Origin: Chiloscyllium plagiosum
Taxonomy: Eukaryota
Reading direction: 5' to 3'
Assembly: GCF_004010195.1 (NCBI RefSeq)
Contig: NC_057728.1
Coordinates: 46,893,402 to 46,957,401 of the forward strand
DNA length: 64,000 nucleotides
Shown here piece after piece: positions 13,366 to 26,844 of this stretch. The notes beneath the pieces were generated by a model. It searched no databases, had not been told where the DNA came from, and saw nothing but the letters and a program-made list of their open reading frames with translations. Both the position numbers and the translations under genes were made by a program. Numbering within the stretch: the first letter of the stretch is position 1; each line of letters opens with the position of its first letter.

Positions 13366-13554
13366 CAGTGAGAATGCTTTCTGTTTCTTTTAGGGTCCCA
13401 CTTGTGTCCTCCTCACACCTTTTAAGAGTACAAGCCAAGGAAGTAGGAAATTCTGCTGTTGGGAGCTCAGTCTGTTGTGCCACTTCTCTGTGCCAGCTGT
13501 TCCATTTTGTAGCATCGAGCAAGAGACATCGGATCAGCTCAGGATTTTAATCAA

Positions 13555-13785
13555 TAGAAGTGGAAATAGCTGGAGGAACTCAGCAGGTCTAGCAGCACCT
13601 ATGGAGAGAATTCAGAGTGAACATTTTGTGTTATTAATGTAAATATTTTGAAGAAAGGTTACTGGATTTGAAATGTTCACTGTGCTTTCTCTCCACAGAT
13701 GCTGCTAGACTTGCTGAGTTTCTCCAGGAATTTCAGTTTTTGTTTGTTTCAGATCTCCAGCATCTGCAATTTTGTTTTGTTTTGT
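13555..13785. mobile_element. Penelope-derived fold-back element (family B)
   Basis: ggaggaactcagcaggtctagcagcacctatggagaga is inverted relative to tctctccacagatgctgctagacttgctgagtttctcc; decayed hammerhead ttgaagaaaggttactggatttgaaatgtt. Confidence 0.8.
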
Positions 13786-16189
13786 TAATCCAATTCTAAT
13801 TTCTTGTTGAGTTTAAGGTGCATTACAGCATATTAAACCCACTTGCAATTGATTGTTACAACATTGCAGGGCATTGGTTAGCTCAGTTGGCTGGATGACC
13901 AATTTGCAATGTAGAGTGACAATAACAGCACAGCTTCAATTCTCACACCATCTGGGGTCACCGTGAAGTTTGCACTTTCTCAACCTTGAGGGAAAGGCCA
14001 AAGGAATCTGTTTGAAACTCACATTTTTTATATGATCAGCACAGAAAATGACATGTGATACTTAATGTCCAGCTGGAGAGTGGTAGTAAGTCCACTACAT
14101 TCATTTTGAATCTATAGGATTAGCATCAAGACCCTCATTGTCTTCAGGACGGATTGCCCATCTCTGAGAGGTGCTGGCCATTCAGGAAACTGACTGCTCC
14201 TCAGTACCAATAGCATCACTAGGACCACTACTGGTTCTGCAGTGAGTCTGGTTAGTGAGTGTCACTGGATCTCAGGAGTGAAGGCAGCTTAGGAAGGGAC
14301 AGAGGAGGAGTGCCTAGTGAACGAAGAAAGGAGAGGATTTAGTATTTAGAGTAGAGAAGGTTCACATCAGTGGGCAGGCCTTACCTCCCAATGTTTGGTT
14401 TGGGCTTCCCCAGTGTAACGGTTTACCTGGCAGGTTATCCATATGGTGTGACCCCATGCCACCATTGTTGAGTACTAGAGACAGAAAGACGAGTGGCCAC
14501 CCAAGAGCTATGATTGACCTCTGGGCTGGAAAGCTGTTTTTAAATACTTCCGTCCTGGATTTAAACAGTGGTGATCGAAAAGTCACCATGGTCTCCAGGC
14601 TCCAGAAGCCTTTCCAATTTAATAAATCACCTAGTCTAAGTGCCAGAGATATTTAATTCCCACCCTATAAAGAAGAAATGTTTTCTATCATAAAGAGCAT
14701 CGTATTTCTCAATATTCCCAATATTCCCCAAATTAAGATTGAAAATGTACACTAAAGCCCAAATGATTTCCAGGTTGGAATGGCTTTCTACGATGGACAA
14801 AATAAAGGAAGTGGCTCAAAATTACATGTCCGAACACCCCAGACATGGTACTGTACAAAGGGGCAGGAGTGAAGTTGGTTTGGTCTACATGCATGCACTA
14901 GGCCCGGTTTGCCATTTAAATAGTCGCCTCCATTCAATCACCATTTTGGTAACTCGGCCGTGTGGAACCCCGAAGTATGGAGGGACCGGCCAATTCTGAG
15001 TGAGTCTGTTCTTAGTGCATTTTATTTGGACAGCCAGGTACACCTTCAGGGAGCTGACATACCGCAATGCTTCTGGTCTCAGAGCTCATTTGGGTGAGGA
15101 GTCAGGAGGAGGGATCGTGTACGTGAATTCTCCCACCCCTGCCACGGAAATGAAAATTGGGGTCAAGGTGTACTGAGGAATGACTTCAGCTCAGAAACAT
15201 CAGTAAACAAAGGAAATTTTGCACCTAACATTAAAACTAATATTTAAAGCTATTCCTTTGTTTTCAGAGTCCTTATTCAGTAGAAAATGGTGATTAATAT
15301 AATTGCTACAAACAAGTAAAAGCACAAATCAGAATGATATCTGTACCATAGTTACGCTAAAGCTCAACATTTTCTACCTGCCCAGTTCGCAAGATGCAGA
15401 TAACAGGCTGCTCAACCAATCTTGCTCCCTCTCATCTCAGATCTGTTCTTCATGCATTATTATTTATTTTGATGTCACACAGCAGCCACTCAACTCTGAT
15501 GCTCGAAGCACTTTTTAATGGCAATATAATAATTTTAAAGTGGAACAAAATTTTTAAGTATTGTTTGTGGAATTGATAATGGATGGCAAGATCACATTGC
15601 TATTCTCCATCCCTACTTTCACCAACAAAGTTAATATGCCATCTTGCTGCACAATGAGAACATTTAGAAGGCATTATGTTGGTTACTCTGTATGAAAATA
15701 TTCAAGATTGTTTGAAGGTTTGTGCTGGCGACATGACATCCCATCAAGAGATGAGTTCATGTGATAGTTGATTAACCAAACAAATCCTGAGCTCCCTAGA
15801 TGAAAAAAGATCACAGTTAAGATAAAGAAGGAAAGTGGGCTTATGACAAATACCAGGCGGAAAATACAACTGGAATCAGGCTGAATATGTAAGATTCAGA
15901 GGGATTGTGGAAAAGGAAATAACATAAGCAAAGAGGGAATTATGAAAAGAGATTGGTCGTTAACATAACAGGAAAGCTCAAAGTTATCAATAGGTGCATA
16001 AATAGTAAAACGCTTATAAAAGAAGCAGCACCAATTCAGGAAAGGAAAGAGAACTTCAATATGAATGTAAGGGACAAGGCTGAGATATTAAATTAATAGT
16101 CAACATTTTATTTTAAACAAGGAAGTTGATGCAACTGAGACCATGGTGATAGAGAAGAAAATTCATCTTAAAAACATTTCAAAATTTAA

Positions 16190-18085
16190 TACATTGTGTG
16201 GCCATAACGGAGACATGGGTTTCACAGGGCAAGGAATGGTTGCTTGATGTTCCAAGGCTTAGAACATTTAAAAAGAACAAGGAGGGTGGAAAAAGAGGAG
16301 GGGGTGTAGCATTGCTAATCAGAGAGTGCATCACAGCTACAGAAACAAAGGTTGTTGACGAAGGTTTGTCTACTGAGTCAGTATGGGTGCATGTTAGGAA
16401 CAGCAAGGGAGCAGACACCTCATTGGGGGTTTTCTACAGATTCCCTAATAGCAGTAGAGAGACTGAAGAAATCATAAGTGGGCAGATGCTGGAAAACCGC
16501 AGATGTAGCAGGGTTGTTGTTATGAGTGATTTCAACTTTCCCAATATCGACTGGAACCTCCTAAGTGCAGATGGTTTGGATGGAGCCATTTTCGTCAGAT
16601 GTATTCAGGAGGATTTCCTTACTCAATATGTAAACAGACTGACGAGGGGAGAGGCCATTTTGGATTTGGTGCTCGGCAATGAGCCAGGACAGGTGTCAGA
16701 TCTCGCAGTGGGAGAGCACTTTGGTGATAGTGACCACAACTGCCTCACATTTACCGTAGCCTTGGAGAGGGAAAGGAGCAGTTACCTAGGGAAGATATTT
16801 AATTGGGGAAATGGAAATTATGACGCTATCAGACAGGAGTTGCGAAGTACAAATTGGGAGCAATTGTTCCACAGACATGTGGATACTATTTAAGGAGCAG
16901 TTGTTGCGAGTGATGCACAAATTTGTTCCTCTGAGACAGGTAAGAAGGGCTAAGATTAAGGAACCTTGGATGATGAGAACAGAGGGGCTTCTCGTCAAAA
17001 GAAAGAAGGCAGCCTATGTAAGGTGGAGGAAGTAAAGATCTAGCACAGCTTTACAGGATTACAGGCTTGCTAGAAAGAAGCTCAGAAATGGACTGAGGAG
17101 AGCCGAGGGGGGCATGAAAAAGGCTTGGCAAGAAGGATTAGGGAGGACCCAAAGGCATTTTACTCCCTGATCATTCTCTTATACGTGAGGAATAAGAGAA
17201 TGATCAGGGAGAAGGTAGGGCCGATCAGGGATAGCATAGGGAACTTGTGCGTGGAGTCTGAGCAGATAGGGGATGCCCTTAGTGAGTTTTTTGCTTTGGT
17301 GTTCACTAAGGAAAGGGAACTTGTTATGAATGAGAATTTTGAGGAGCTTGGATACAGGCTTGACCAGATTGATGAAGTTGATGTGCTGTAAATTTTGGCA
17401 AACATTAAGATTGATAAGTCCCCAGGGCCAGACCAGATTTATCCCAGGCTGCTCCGGGAAGCGAGAAAGGAGGTTGCTAAGCCACTGGTGAAGATCTTTG
17501 CCTCCTCACTCTCCACGGGAGTCGTACCAGAGGATTTGAAGGAGATGAATGTTGTTCCTCTTTTCAAGAAGGGGAATAGGGAAATCCCTGGCAATTACAG
17601 ATCAGTCAGTCTTACGTCTGTGGTCAGCAAAGTTTTGGAAAGAATTCTGAGGGATAGGATTTATGACTATTTGGCAAAGCATAGCGTGATTAAAGGCAGT
17701 CAGCATGGCTTTGTGAGGGGCAGGTCATGCCTCACAAAGCTTACTGAGTTTTTTGAGGAGGTGACAAGACAGGTTGACGAAGGTTGAACAGTGGATGTGG
17801 TGCATATGGACTTCAGCAAGGCATTTGATAAGGTACCCCATGGTAGGCTCATTCATAAAGTCAGGAAGTATGGGATACAGGGAGATTTGGCTTTCTGGAT
17901 TCAGAATTGGTTGCTGACAGAAGGCAGAGAGTGGTTGTAGATGGAAAGTATTCTGCCTGGAGGTCAGTGTTGAGTGGGGTCCCACAGGGCTCTGTTCTTG
18001 GGCCTCTGCGCTTTGTAGTTTTTATAAATGACTCGGATGAGGAGGTTGAAGGGTGGGTTAGTAAATTTGCAGATGACACAAAGGC
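16190..18085 (+). mobile_element. CR1-clade LINE ORF2 fragment (APE endonuclease plus RT), disrupted
   Basis: AITETW, GGGVAL, GVFYR, SDFNFPNIDW, LDLVL, DSDH (endonuclease); [35 protein letters not shown] (RT). Confidence 0.95.
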
Positions 18086-19060
18086 CATTGACAAGATAGT
18101 GAAATAGGCAGGTAGATGGAAACTGAAGTTCAATGTGGAGAAGTATTGGGGGTACAGGGTGACTGCCAGATCCACGGAATCATTTTCCATGGTTTCAGTT
18201 ACCCATGGTTTACCACAGCCCAAAGATATTAGAGAGAACATTCCAGAACCAGGGAGCAGAGGGCTGCCGAGAAGGTAAATTTCCTATTTAAATGAGTGGC
18301 TTTTCTCCTATCGGTGTTTTAGGCCTTTCACAGTAGGTCTTAGAACATATCCCCCATGGGTACTGGGGAACTATTGTATATTTTGGTAGAAAACATGGAG
18401 AGAAAGTAGAAAATAAAGGGATATACTCAAACAGTTGTTCACGAGCAGAGCGAGCTAGATGTATATGTGCATAAATCATTTAAGGTGGCAGTGGGAGCAG
18501 TTGCTAAAGCATACAGTACCTTGGTTTTATTAATAGGGAATACAATACATTAGTAAGAAGATTATGCTCAATTTGTAGGAGTTACTAATTTTGCCTCAGC
18601 TGGAGTGCTGTGTACAATTCTGGGAGCCAATCTATAGGAGGAAGGTAAATGCACTGGAGAGAGCAGAAGATGATTACAACAATGGCTTAGCAATAAGAAA
18701 TTTCAGAGCTTGATCACGAGAGATCTGGACATAGTAGGTAGAAACAGTTCCCACTCATAAAAGGATCAAGAATTCAGGGGAACAAATTTAAACTTGTTTT
18801 GAAAGAAGCAAATGTAATGTGAGGAAAGAAATGATTTTCACATAGTAAGTAGTTACGGCCTGGAACTACTGCCTGGAAGTGTGCTGGAGTTAGCTTCAAC
18901 TAAGGCAGTCAGGAGGGCACTCAATGATTCTTTGAGTATAACAGGGCTACAGGGAAATGGCAAGAGAATGATACCAGGTCATAATGCTGATTCGGAGGGC
19001 AGTGCAGACACAATGGCCAAAACAGCCTTCTTCTGCACTGTAACAATTCTGTGATTCTGC
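18086..19060 (+). mobile_element. Older CR1-type LINE 3' half (with 15790-16180 likely its upstream part), interrupted by a MITE
   Basis: Decayed W..KFN.EK, LECCVQFW and 3' tail ggccaaaacagccttcttctgcactgtaacaattctgtgattct. Confidence 0.7.
18155..18378. mobile_element. Tigger/pogo-like MITE
   Basis: TA|cag... ...ggggaactattg|TA with imperfect TIRs; interrupts the LINE between aagtattggggg and tattttggtag. Confidence 0.5.
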
Positions 19061-19174
19061 AATCACATAAACAAATCCCTATCCTACTCCTTTCAAAACT
19101 AAAACCCATGATCTGGAAGCTCTTTATTCAAAGGTCTTCCTTCGTGCTTCTTCTTTGTTTCTTTTCCAATGAGG

Positions 19175-19659
19175 TAAAAACAATGACTGCAGATGCTGGA
19201 AAACAGATTCTGGATTAGAGTGGTGCTGGAAAAGCACAGCAGTTCAGGCAGCATCCGAAGAGCAGGAAAATCGGCGTTTTGGGCAAAAGCACTTCATCAG
19301 GAATACAGGCAGAGTGCCTGAAGGGTGGAGAGATAAATGAGAAGGGGGTGGGAGTGGGGAAAAAGTAGCATTGAGTAGAATAGGTGAATGGGGGTGGGGA
19401 TGGAGGTGATAGGTCAGAGAGGAGGTGGGGGAAGGGGAAATGAGGAAACTGGTGAAGTCCACATTGATGCCCTGGGGTTGAAGTGTTCCGAGGCGGAAGA
19501 TGAGGCTTTCTTCCTCCAGGCGTCGGGTGGTGAGGGAGTGGCGATGAAGGAGGCCCAAGACCTCCATGTCCTCGGCTGAGTGGGAGGGGGAGTTGAAATG
19601 TTGGGCCACAGGGCGGTGTGGTTGATTGGTGCGGGTGTCCCAGAGATGTTAATTCAGAA
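19175..19659 (-). mobile_element. 5'-truncated Penelope-like element (GIY-YIG C-terminus plus pLTR, family A)
   Basis: ORF AQHFNSPSHSAEDMEVLGL...RRLEEESLIFRLGTLQPQGINVDF; TSD ttcttttccaatgagg at 19159-19174 and 19660-19675. Confidence 0.9.
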
Positions 19660-19719
19660 TTCTTTTCCAATGAGGAAGACCATCCTCCATCCGTAGGACT
19701 GGCAGAGGAGGCCATGACT

Positions 19720-20200
19720 TTAGGGTCTCCCAGTCTGAAGTTTCCAGCTGAATCACTGTGGTTTCCAACGTGCAGAGGAACACCCAGTATTGCTACGAGA
19801 AGGTCAGTTATCCAGGACAGAGTACGTGCCATCATCTTCTCTCTGTTACCTCAATTTCACTCAAACATTGCTACTGCACCCGCCTCTCACCAAGGCTCAT
19901 TCGCTACAACTCTCACTATTGCACGCAATATCTCTCCCATCCAAATCCCCACCTTACTATCCCTGCATGGTCTCTGCATTGTCTTCTCACTCACATAGGA
20001 TGCTTCACTACTTTTGCTCAGAACTAACATCAACTCAGTCAATCTCACCTTTGGTTCATTCCAGGAGAAAATGGCTCAGCATGGGGCAGTAAGAGCCATA
20101 ATGGATAGTAGAGTGCTGACATTCAGCTGCTCTTTGAGGGGATCTGGACCATGATCACACCGAGCAGATGACTAATCATGCTGAAAGCCCTGAACAACAC
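19720..20200 (+). mobile_element. Harbinger-type Myb/SANT-gene fossil
   Basis: VSNVQRNTQYCYEKV.. followed by an intron-like tract, then cag|GAGAAAATGGCTCAG (EKMAQH...); same layout as 9440-10700. Confidence 0.45.
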
Positions 20201-21027
20201 CCAGGATCTGTTGTGCCTGGAAACCCCCCACCTGAAGGATGTCTCACTCGACTGAGGACTACACTCTTAGACTTTGTGATCTCGTCATTGGTTGTAGAAT
20301 GCGTTTGCCTCATACATGGCTGAAGGCGATGCGAGATTCATTTGCCAAGGTGCTCTACTGCAACAGGTCCGCTCCTTCTGACTGAGAACTGCTCATTACC
20401 ATTACCTAGCTTTCTGTCTGCGCTAAAAGGCAAGGCAAGGTAGAAATACTATGAGCATTTAAATTCTAAGGTGGAAAAGCTCAAAAAGACTTAGGATGCT
20501 GTGAGCTTCAAAGCAGGCACAAAGTGAGGGAGTGCTAATAGATCAAATGAGGGGCACTGAGATGCATCTTGGTCCTATCCAAGAAATGGGTGTCTATTCC
20601 TGTATGCAAAATATCTTGGTAGCAGCATTACAATGAAAGGTGCCAGTGTACTGCAAAATGCAGGATTGATGTACAAAAACATTCCATAAGCAGCTCAGAG
20701 ATTGTCATTATGATGCAGTGAGGCTGGAACATGTCAAATGCCAATGTTGCCATTAGATATTGGGAGTATGTGACTGCTGCCCAAAGAGATGTTGGTGGCC
20801 GAGATGTTGATGCCAGGTGTCCAAAGGAGCAAACTTCGTGCCAGAGTTACCAGGTAACATCTTTGCCTTTCATGTCAGGAATAAATAAGGTGAGATCTGG
20901 TAGCAATATGCAAATAGGCCTCTCACTGCACATTACCAAGAATCAGTCTCACCATTTGGCTGAAATTAGACTTTCTGAGCTCAACATTGGGAAGGTCACC
21001 TTATATCTCACTTAATTTTCCCATATT

Positions 21028-21315
21028 TAGATTAGATTCCCTACAGTATGGAAACAGGTCCTTCGGCCCAACAAGTCTACACCAACCCTTCGAAGAGTAA
21101 CCCACCCAGACTCATTCCCTTAACCTATATTTACCCCGAATGCATCTAGCACTTTGGGCAATTTAGCATGGCCAATTCGCCTAGCCTCCACATCTTTGGA
21201 TTGTGAGAGGAAACCAGAGCACCCAGAGGAAACCCATGCTAACACTCGAGGCGGGAATCAAACCCAGGTCCCTGTGAGGCAACAGTGCTAACCACTGAGC
21301 CAGGGTGCCACCCAG
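21028..21315 (-). mobile_element. HE1-type V-SINE (internally deleted)
   Basis: Reverse complement of the tRNA head gtggcac..ggctcagtggttagcactg, the V-domain and the LINE tail. Confidence 0.85.
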
Positions 21316-21344
21316 TGCTTCTTTCAATGGGACGACTGAAGGAA

Positions 21345-21580
21345 CCATAGAATCTGTACTGTGCAGAAACAGGGCATTCAGCCCATCAAGTCTTTCCTAT
21401 CCCTGCAACTCTCATGACTAATCCATCTAACCTACACATCTTTGGACAATGGGAGGAAATCCACACAGACATAGGAAGAATGTGCAAACTCCAGAGTGAC
21501 AGTGATCGGAGGCTGGAATTGAACCCAAATCCCTGGCGCTGTGAGGCAGCAGTGTTAACCACTGAGCCTACTTGCTGCCC
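21345..21580 (-). mobile_element. HE1-type V-SINE (internally deleted)
   Basis: ggctcagtggttaacactgctgcctcacagcgccaggga on the minus strand. Confidence 0.8.
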
Positions 21581-24500
21581 AAGGTTACAATGCCCGATGT
21601 CAATATGGCACTGGGAGAATTCTGCTCACCATCTGTAATCAATAACATTGAAGGAGTAGGAAGGAAAGAAGAGGGCCAAAAGTATTTTTGAGAAGATGTA
21701 TTTTGTAGAATTTTAAGGAGAGCAGATAAACAATTCAAAATTCCATGAATCTCTGCCAGATTTCTGATATTCAAATTGAACTTTGCACTCAACTAAATAA
21801 TTAATTCTTACTTCATGACCAAATTATATCAGGCAGCAAGTACATCCTTACTATTCATTACTCATGGTACCTTACTTTGTGCATTAATGTGCATGTGAAT
21901 TTAATGTGTTCTGTATCAGCCTAAAGGGAAGACTAGCGAAGGTTTGAAATAGGGCTTCCTTGCTCAAGAAGGCATAGATTCTGGGAGACAGCTTTCATCT
22001 TCAAATTCCAAGAGGACTAACTAAAACAGAAAGATTTTGTTTAGAATGTGCGGTTCATTCAACTGAAAATGGTTCGATCATCATTTTATAATGGGTTGAA
22101 TCTTACAGATTTTTGGCAAACTGCATTCAGTTTGGGTGGAGTGATTCTCACTGCAAGGCTGAGCAGGTTTACTCAGTGTATATTACTTAACTCCTCGCAT
22201 TAATTGGCATTTCAGCCATTGTGGTAAATATCATGTCAGATTTCCACCCCATCTCACTACTTGGTATTCCCAGAGCAATCCACGCAACACCAGAGATCCC
22301 AAAATTGACCTTCATCCCTAGCGCCAGTGTCATATTTAAAATGCCATTGTACACCCAGAGATGCCCAGGAGAGTTCTTGAGATTTGCCCAGGTGGAAATT
22401 GGCACCTCCATTTTGTGGACATGGTCCTAGCCATCCCACTGGATGAGATGGTAGACAGGCTGGCCTTTGTCTTTCCCCAGTTCCAGCAGTGGAGGTCATG
22501 ATATCAGACCACGCCAGCCTGGCGCACAATAACCATGTTTACAGCTTTTGCTGGAACAGAGTCTGATTTCACCAAGTATGTTAGGACACAGGAAGCAGGA
22601 ACTGCTGTTGAAAGATACCCTTCAATCACCTCCAAAATGGTGGCATTGAGCTGTGACAGTCAGGTTTTTCACCATAATTCCATTATTCATGGGCCAAGTA
22701 TATGACACATTATCACATCAACCAGTTCAGAAACAGGTATTGTCACTTTCTCAAGTATTATTCCTACAATATCACAATCAAGCCGGTATAATCGAACAGT
22801 TCTAATATAAAGCTGCTTGATGTGTAAAATATGGATGATTGTCTGTATCTTGGGAATCTCCTTTTAATGAAGGAAGTCACAGACTATGGAGTCATCATCA
22901 CCTCCAATGGTACATTTTACTGTGCAGTGGTGAGCCCCGTATCTTTACATATTTTGGAGACTTGTATGACTTACATCAATCACTTCAAAACACTATGGAA
23001 ATACCACCAATGCTGATTTTGGCAGATCCTGCAAAACCCATAACAAGGAAATTAGTCCAAAATTAGAGTCCTTTCCCAAGTGTGCAGCCTGTGTCTTGTA
23101 ATGACTGCTTACACAACTGCTAGTTCAAACCACAGTGGGAGAAAGCGTAGATGAGCTGTGCAGAATTGGATATTCAGCTGGCAACAAGTAACTGTTTGAT
23201 CTGCGGTCTTGTCTCCAGTTATCATTGACAAACGCCTTCTGCCTGCCAGCTACTCTAATTGGATTTCAAATTGGTGAAGTGTGTGAGGATGTGAACAAGA
23301 CAGGGAGAATCCATCAGATATTCAGAAGCTCAAGAGCAGTGCCTGTTCCGATCATGAGAGAAGAATTGACACCATCTGAATCCAATACATCTTGCGTGAC
23401 ACCTCTTGATTATTCACATCCTTTTGAAATTGCTGTGCTTGTTTAAACTACCAGTTGATAGAGCTGAATTAAAGTGTGCAATTCCACATTCTGATTGAGG
23501 GTCAATCATGCTGAGCTTATGGTTAATAGTTCAATCCATTCAACCAGGTGAACGAGACCAAGCAAGGCGTGTTCTGTTTCAGGCAATAGTGCGAAAACAG
23601 CAGAGTGTTTTAGTTGAAAAAACTCTGTTGGGAGACCATTAGACTGAACAAATAAAGGTCCATGATTCAGTCTTGGATATAGTGGCAGAATAAGCAATAT
23701 TCGACAAGTGCAATGGTAGTGTACCTACCTTTTGAGCAAGGAGGCCTGGGTTCAGGTCCCACCTGCTCCAGCGGTGTGTAATAACATCTCTGAACAGGTT
23801 CATTGGGAGAAAAAAAAGGAACACATCAGAGTTGCACATAACAATGTCTTCATATAATACAGCACGATTTGAAACATTGCTTGAAGCATTAAGCAGCAGA
23901 GTTGACATGTGTTGTACTTAAATGATCGATGAATATTTGAAAATGAATGATTTATACTTGTTTAATCTCAACCTGTAATCAATTTTTAACTTAATAATTA
24001 TTAGGTTTCTGGTAACTAATTGGTTAAACATAATGGTTTAAATAACACCGGATTTCCACAATGGTCCAAAAAAAAAGCTTTGAGCAATAATGAGGTGAAC
24101 AGAAATGCATAAGGACACCATAAAATATTAAGGAATTCTTAAAAACTTTGATGTTAAATTTTAATAATGATGACCAAAGGAAATGCTTTATGTATCAGCA
24201 AGACTAATATATCTGCCTCTCTCCATGTAGAGATTAAGAATATACCAGGCTCTAATTCTTTCTTTCGGACATATTTCTAAATACATGAATTTGTCCCAAT
24301 GGCTATAGTTTAGCCACATACAATGCTACACTGATTCAATATGCACATGAGAATTGTGATATCATGTGGTGATAGATTAAATCACATCCTCACATACTTG
24401 TATCAACCAAAAGTAACTTATATATTTGTCAAGGGCTGATTCATCCACCAATTGGAAGGCATGGCTCTTCCTGGAAGCAATGGCAATGAGGTCAGTAACT

Positions 24501-25223
24501 ATCTGGTGTCGGATTTCCGCCTAAGGGCAAAGCTTTGGCACCAAAGAGCTGCCGACCAATAAGATTGCTGGCAACTCTTTGGTCTCAGCAGTGTTACTCT
24601 GAACCAGTAAAGAGAGAGGAATCACTGGACTGCAGACAAGTGGGATATACCAGGGCCCATATCAGGTAGTCCCTGGTTAGGGAGGTGTGCTATTTGACTG
24701 GGATGGTAGGGTTGGGCTGGGCTAGATGGTACCAACACACTTTTACAGGTTGAGTTCCAAAGAAGGATCACCACCAAAATCATTAATTCTGCTTTCTTTC
24801 CACAGATATTGCCAGACCTGCTGAGTTTTTTACAGGAAATTTAGTTTCTGTATACTTTCACAGGTGGCTTCCCATTTGGAGTTCAGCCCTCTCATTGTTG
24901 GTAGAAGAATGGTGAAGACAGGATGAGATATCTGGAAGCCCACTCAATTGCTGTACATGAGTCTGAAAAGGTTAACACTTGACTGAGTGCAATAAGCACC
25001 ATCATTTGACTTGTTGGAAGAATAAAGTAGGATCTCATGGGAGACAAATCTGGTCCTCCAATAGACGTTGCAGTACTATAATCCCTATTCAACTAATCTG
25101 TAAATAGTTGCAAAGATGTAAAGAACTACATCTTATTTACACTGCAAGACTTTTCACATCATATCATAAGGCACATGCTATGCCCTGTAATTCCCTAAAG
25201 AACCCACACGTTTAGGAGATACT

Positions 25224-25860
25224 AGTAAGTTTTGTGAAGATTTGTAGGCCAGGCTGAGGTTCGAGGTTCTGTATGTAGGTTTGCTCATTGAGCTGGAAGA
25301 TTCATTATCAGACGTTTTGTCACCATACTAGGTAACATCTTCAGTGAGCCTCCGGACAAAGCACTGCTGGTGTTTCCTGCTTTCTATTTATATGTTTGGG
25401 CTTCCTTGGATTGGTGGTGCCATTTCCTGTGGTGACATTATTTCCTATGGTGATGTCATTTCCTGTTCTTTTTTTCTCAGGGGGTGGTAAATGGGATCCA
25501 AGTCAATGTGTTTGTTGATAGAGTTCTGGTTGGAATTCCGTGCTTCTAGGAATTCTCGTGCATGTCTCTGTTTGGCTTGTCCTAGGATGGATGGGTTGTC
25601 CCAGTCGAAGTGGTGTCCTTCCTTATCTGTATGTAAGGATAGTAGTAAGAGAGGGTCATTCCATTTTGTTCATGAATGCTGGTGGCTAGTTTTCTGCCTG
25701 TTTGTCCAATGTAGTGTTTGTTACAGTTCTTACATATTATTTTGTAAATAGCATTAGTTTTGCTTGTCTGTATAGGGTCTTTCAAGTTCATTAGCTGCTG
25801 TTTTAGTGTGTTGTTGGGTTTGTTTGTTATCATGATGCCAAGGGTCTGAGTAGTCTTTGG
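25224..25860 (-). mobile_element. Penelope-like element 3' fragment (GIY-YIG endonuclease plus pLTR, family C)
   Basis: ORF KPNNTLKQQLMNLKDPI...NAIYKIICKNCNKHYIGQTGRKLATSIHE; pLTR with hammerhead at ~25307-25347, shared with 57599-57810. Confidence 0.9.
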
Positions 25861-26039
25861 AGATATGGTTGGCTGCACACAAATGGTAATTAATGAGGGG
25901 GCTGAGGATTTTCTTTAGCAGCACCACTCCAAATAAGGGAAATATTTTGGTAAGCCAAGGAACGTCAAAGAAGGAAAATACTGCTTCCCAAGGACAGAAG
26001 GTCTCTTAAGACTTGATGGCAAAAATCAAACCTGAAGAA

Positions 26040-26475
26040 TTTGACAAAGAATGTTATAGATGGCATTTCAGACCTAATTCTAGACTCTCCAAGCACAAGG
26101 CACAAGTCAAGAGTGTAATGGAATACGTCCTATTTGCCTGGATGAGTGCAGCTCCAATAAAACTCAAGAAGCTTGATACCATCCAGAACAAAACAGCCCA
26201 CTTGATTAGCACCACAAAATCTATTCTCTCCACCACCATCACTCAGTAGCATTGTGCACCATCTATAAGATGCAGTGAAGAAATTCACCAAAGATCCTTA
26301 GACCCTGATTTGTCAAAATCCTGGATTTTGCTCCCTAACAGCATTGTGAGTCGACTTTAACACATGGACTGCATCATTTCAAAAGGTATTTACCACCACC
26401 TTCTCAAAAGCAACGTGGGATGAGTAATAATGCTGGCCCATCCAGCAATGCCCATATATCATGGGTGAATAAAAA
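26040..26475 (+). mobile_element. LINE 3' end (CR1/L2-group family distinct from HER1)
   Basis: HKAQVKSVMEYVLFAWMSAAPIKLKKLDTIQNKTAHLI; a longer minus-strand copy lies at 43480-44570. Confidence 0.75.
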
Positions 26476-26844
26476 CATTGCAAAGCTGTTGTTTCTTAAA
26501 CAGGTCTTGGATGTCTTCCTAATGAATAACATCTCAATGTAGATGAGAATGTGAAGCCAACTCAGCATCTGCTGAGGAGAGTTCTGGCTGCCCTGAAGTT
26601 CAGCCTGAAAATCAAGATGAAAGAGTTAGAAAGTATAATTAAGTGACAAACCAACAGATTGGATTAGCAGTGTTGGGGAAGAGATTTCAAAGAGGAGTTT
26701 TGAGTCCTGTGGCTTGCAGTACAAATCGATCTTTATTCCAAACTTTTTACTACTCTTAATGCAGCATAAGGAGAGATCTTTGAAAACAGTTTCCAGACAC
26801 TCTACCTCTCTCAGCCAAGTACAGCATTATTATCTCTTCTGCAT

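Larger units (their letters stand above)
12054..13987 (+). repeat. Dispersed direct duplication (~155-170 bp at 12054-12205 and 13820-13987): unique flank plus tRNA-SINE head
   Basis: gcatta(a/c)agcatattaaac(a/c)cacttgcaat...gtgaagtttgcac..tctcaacctt present in both; moderately diverged. Confidence 0.8.

Noticed and set aside
16198..16893. 231-aa ORF as a host gene
   Set aside because: It is the APE endonuclease domain of a disrupted CR1 LINE.
22540..23650. Possible large coding exon or transposase
   Set aside because: The frames I read have frequent stops and no recognisable motif; left unannotated.
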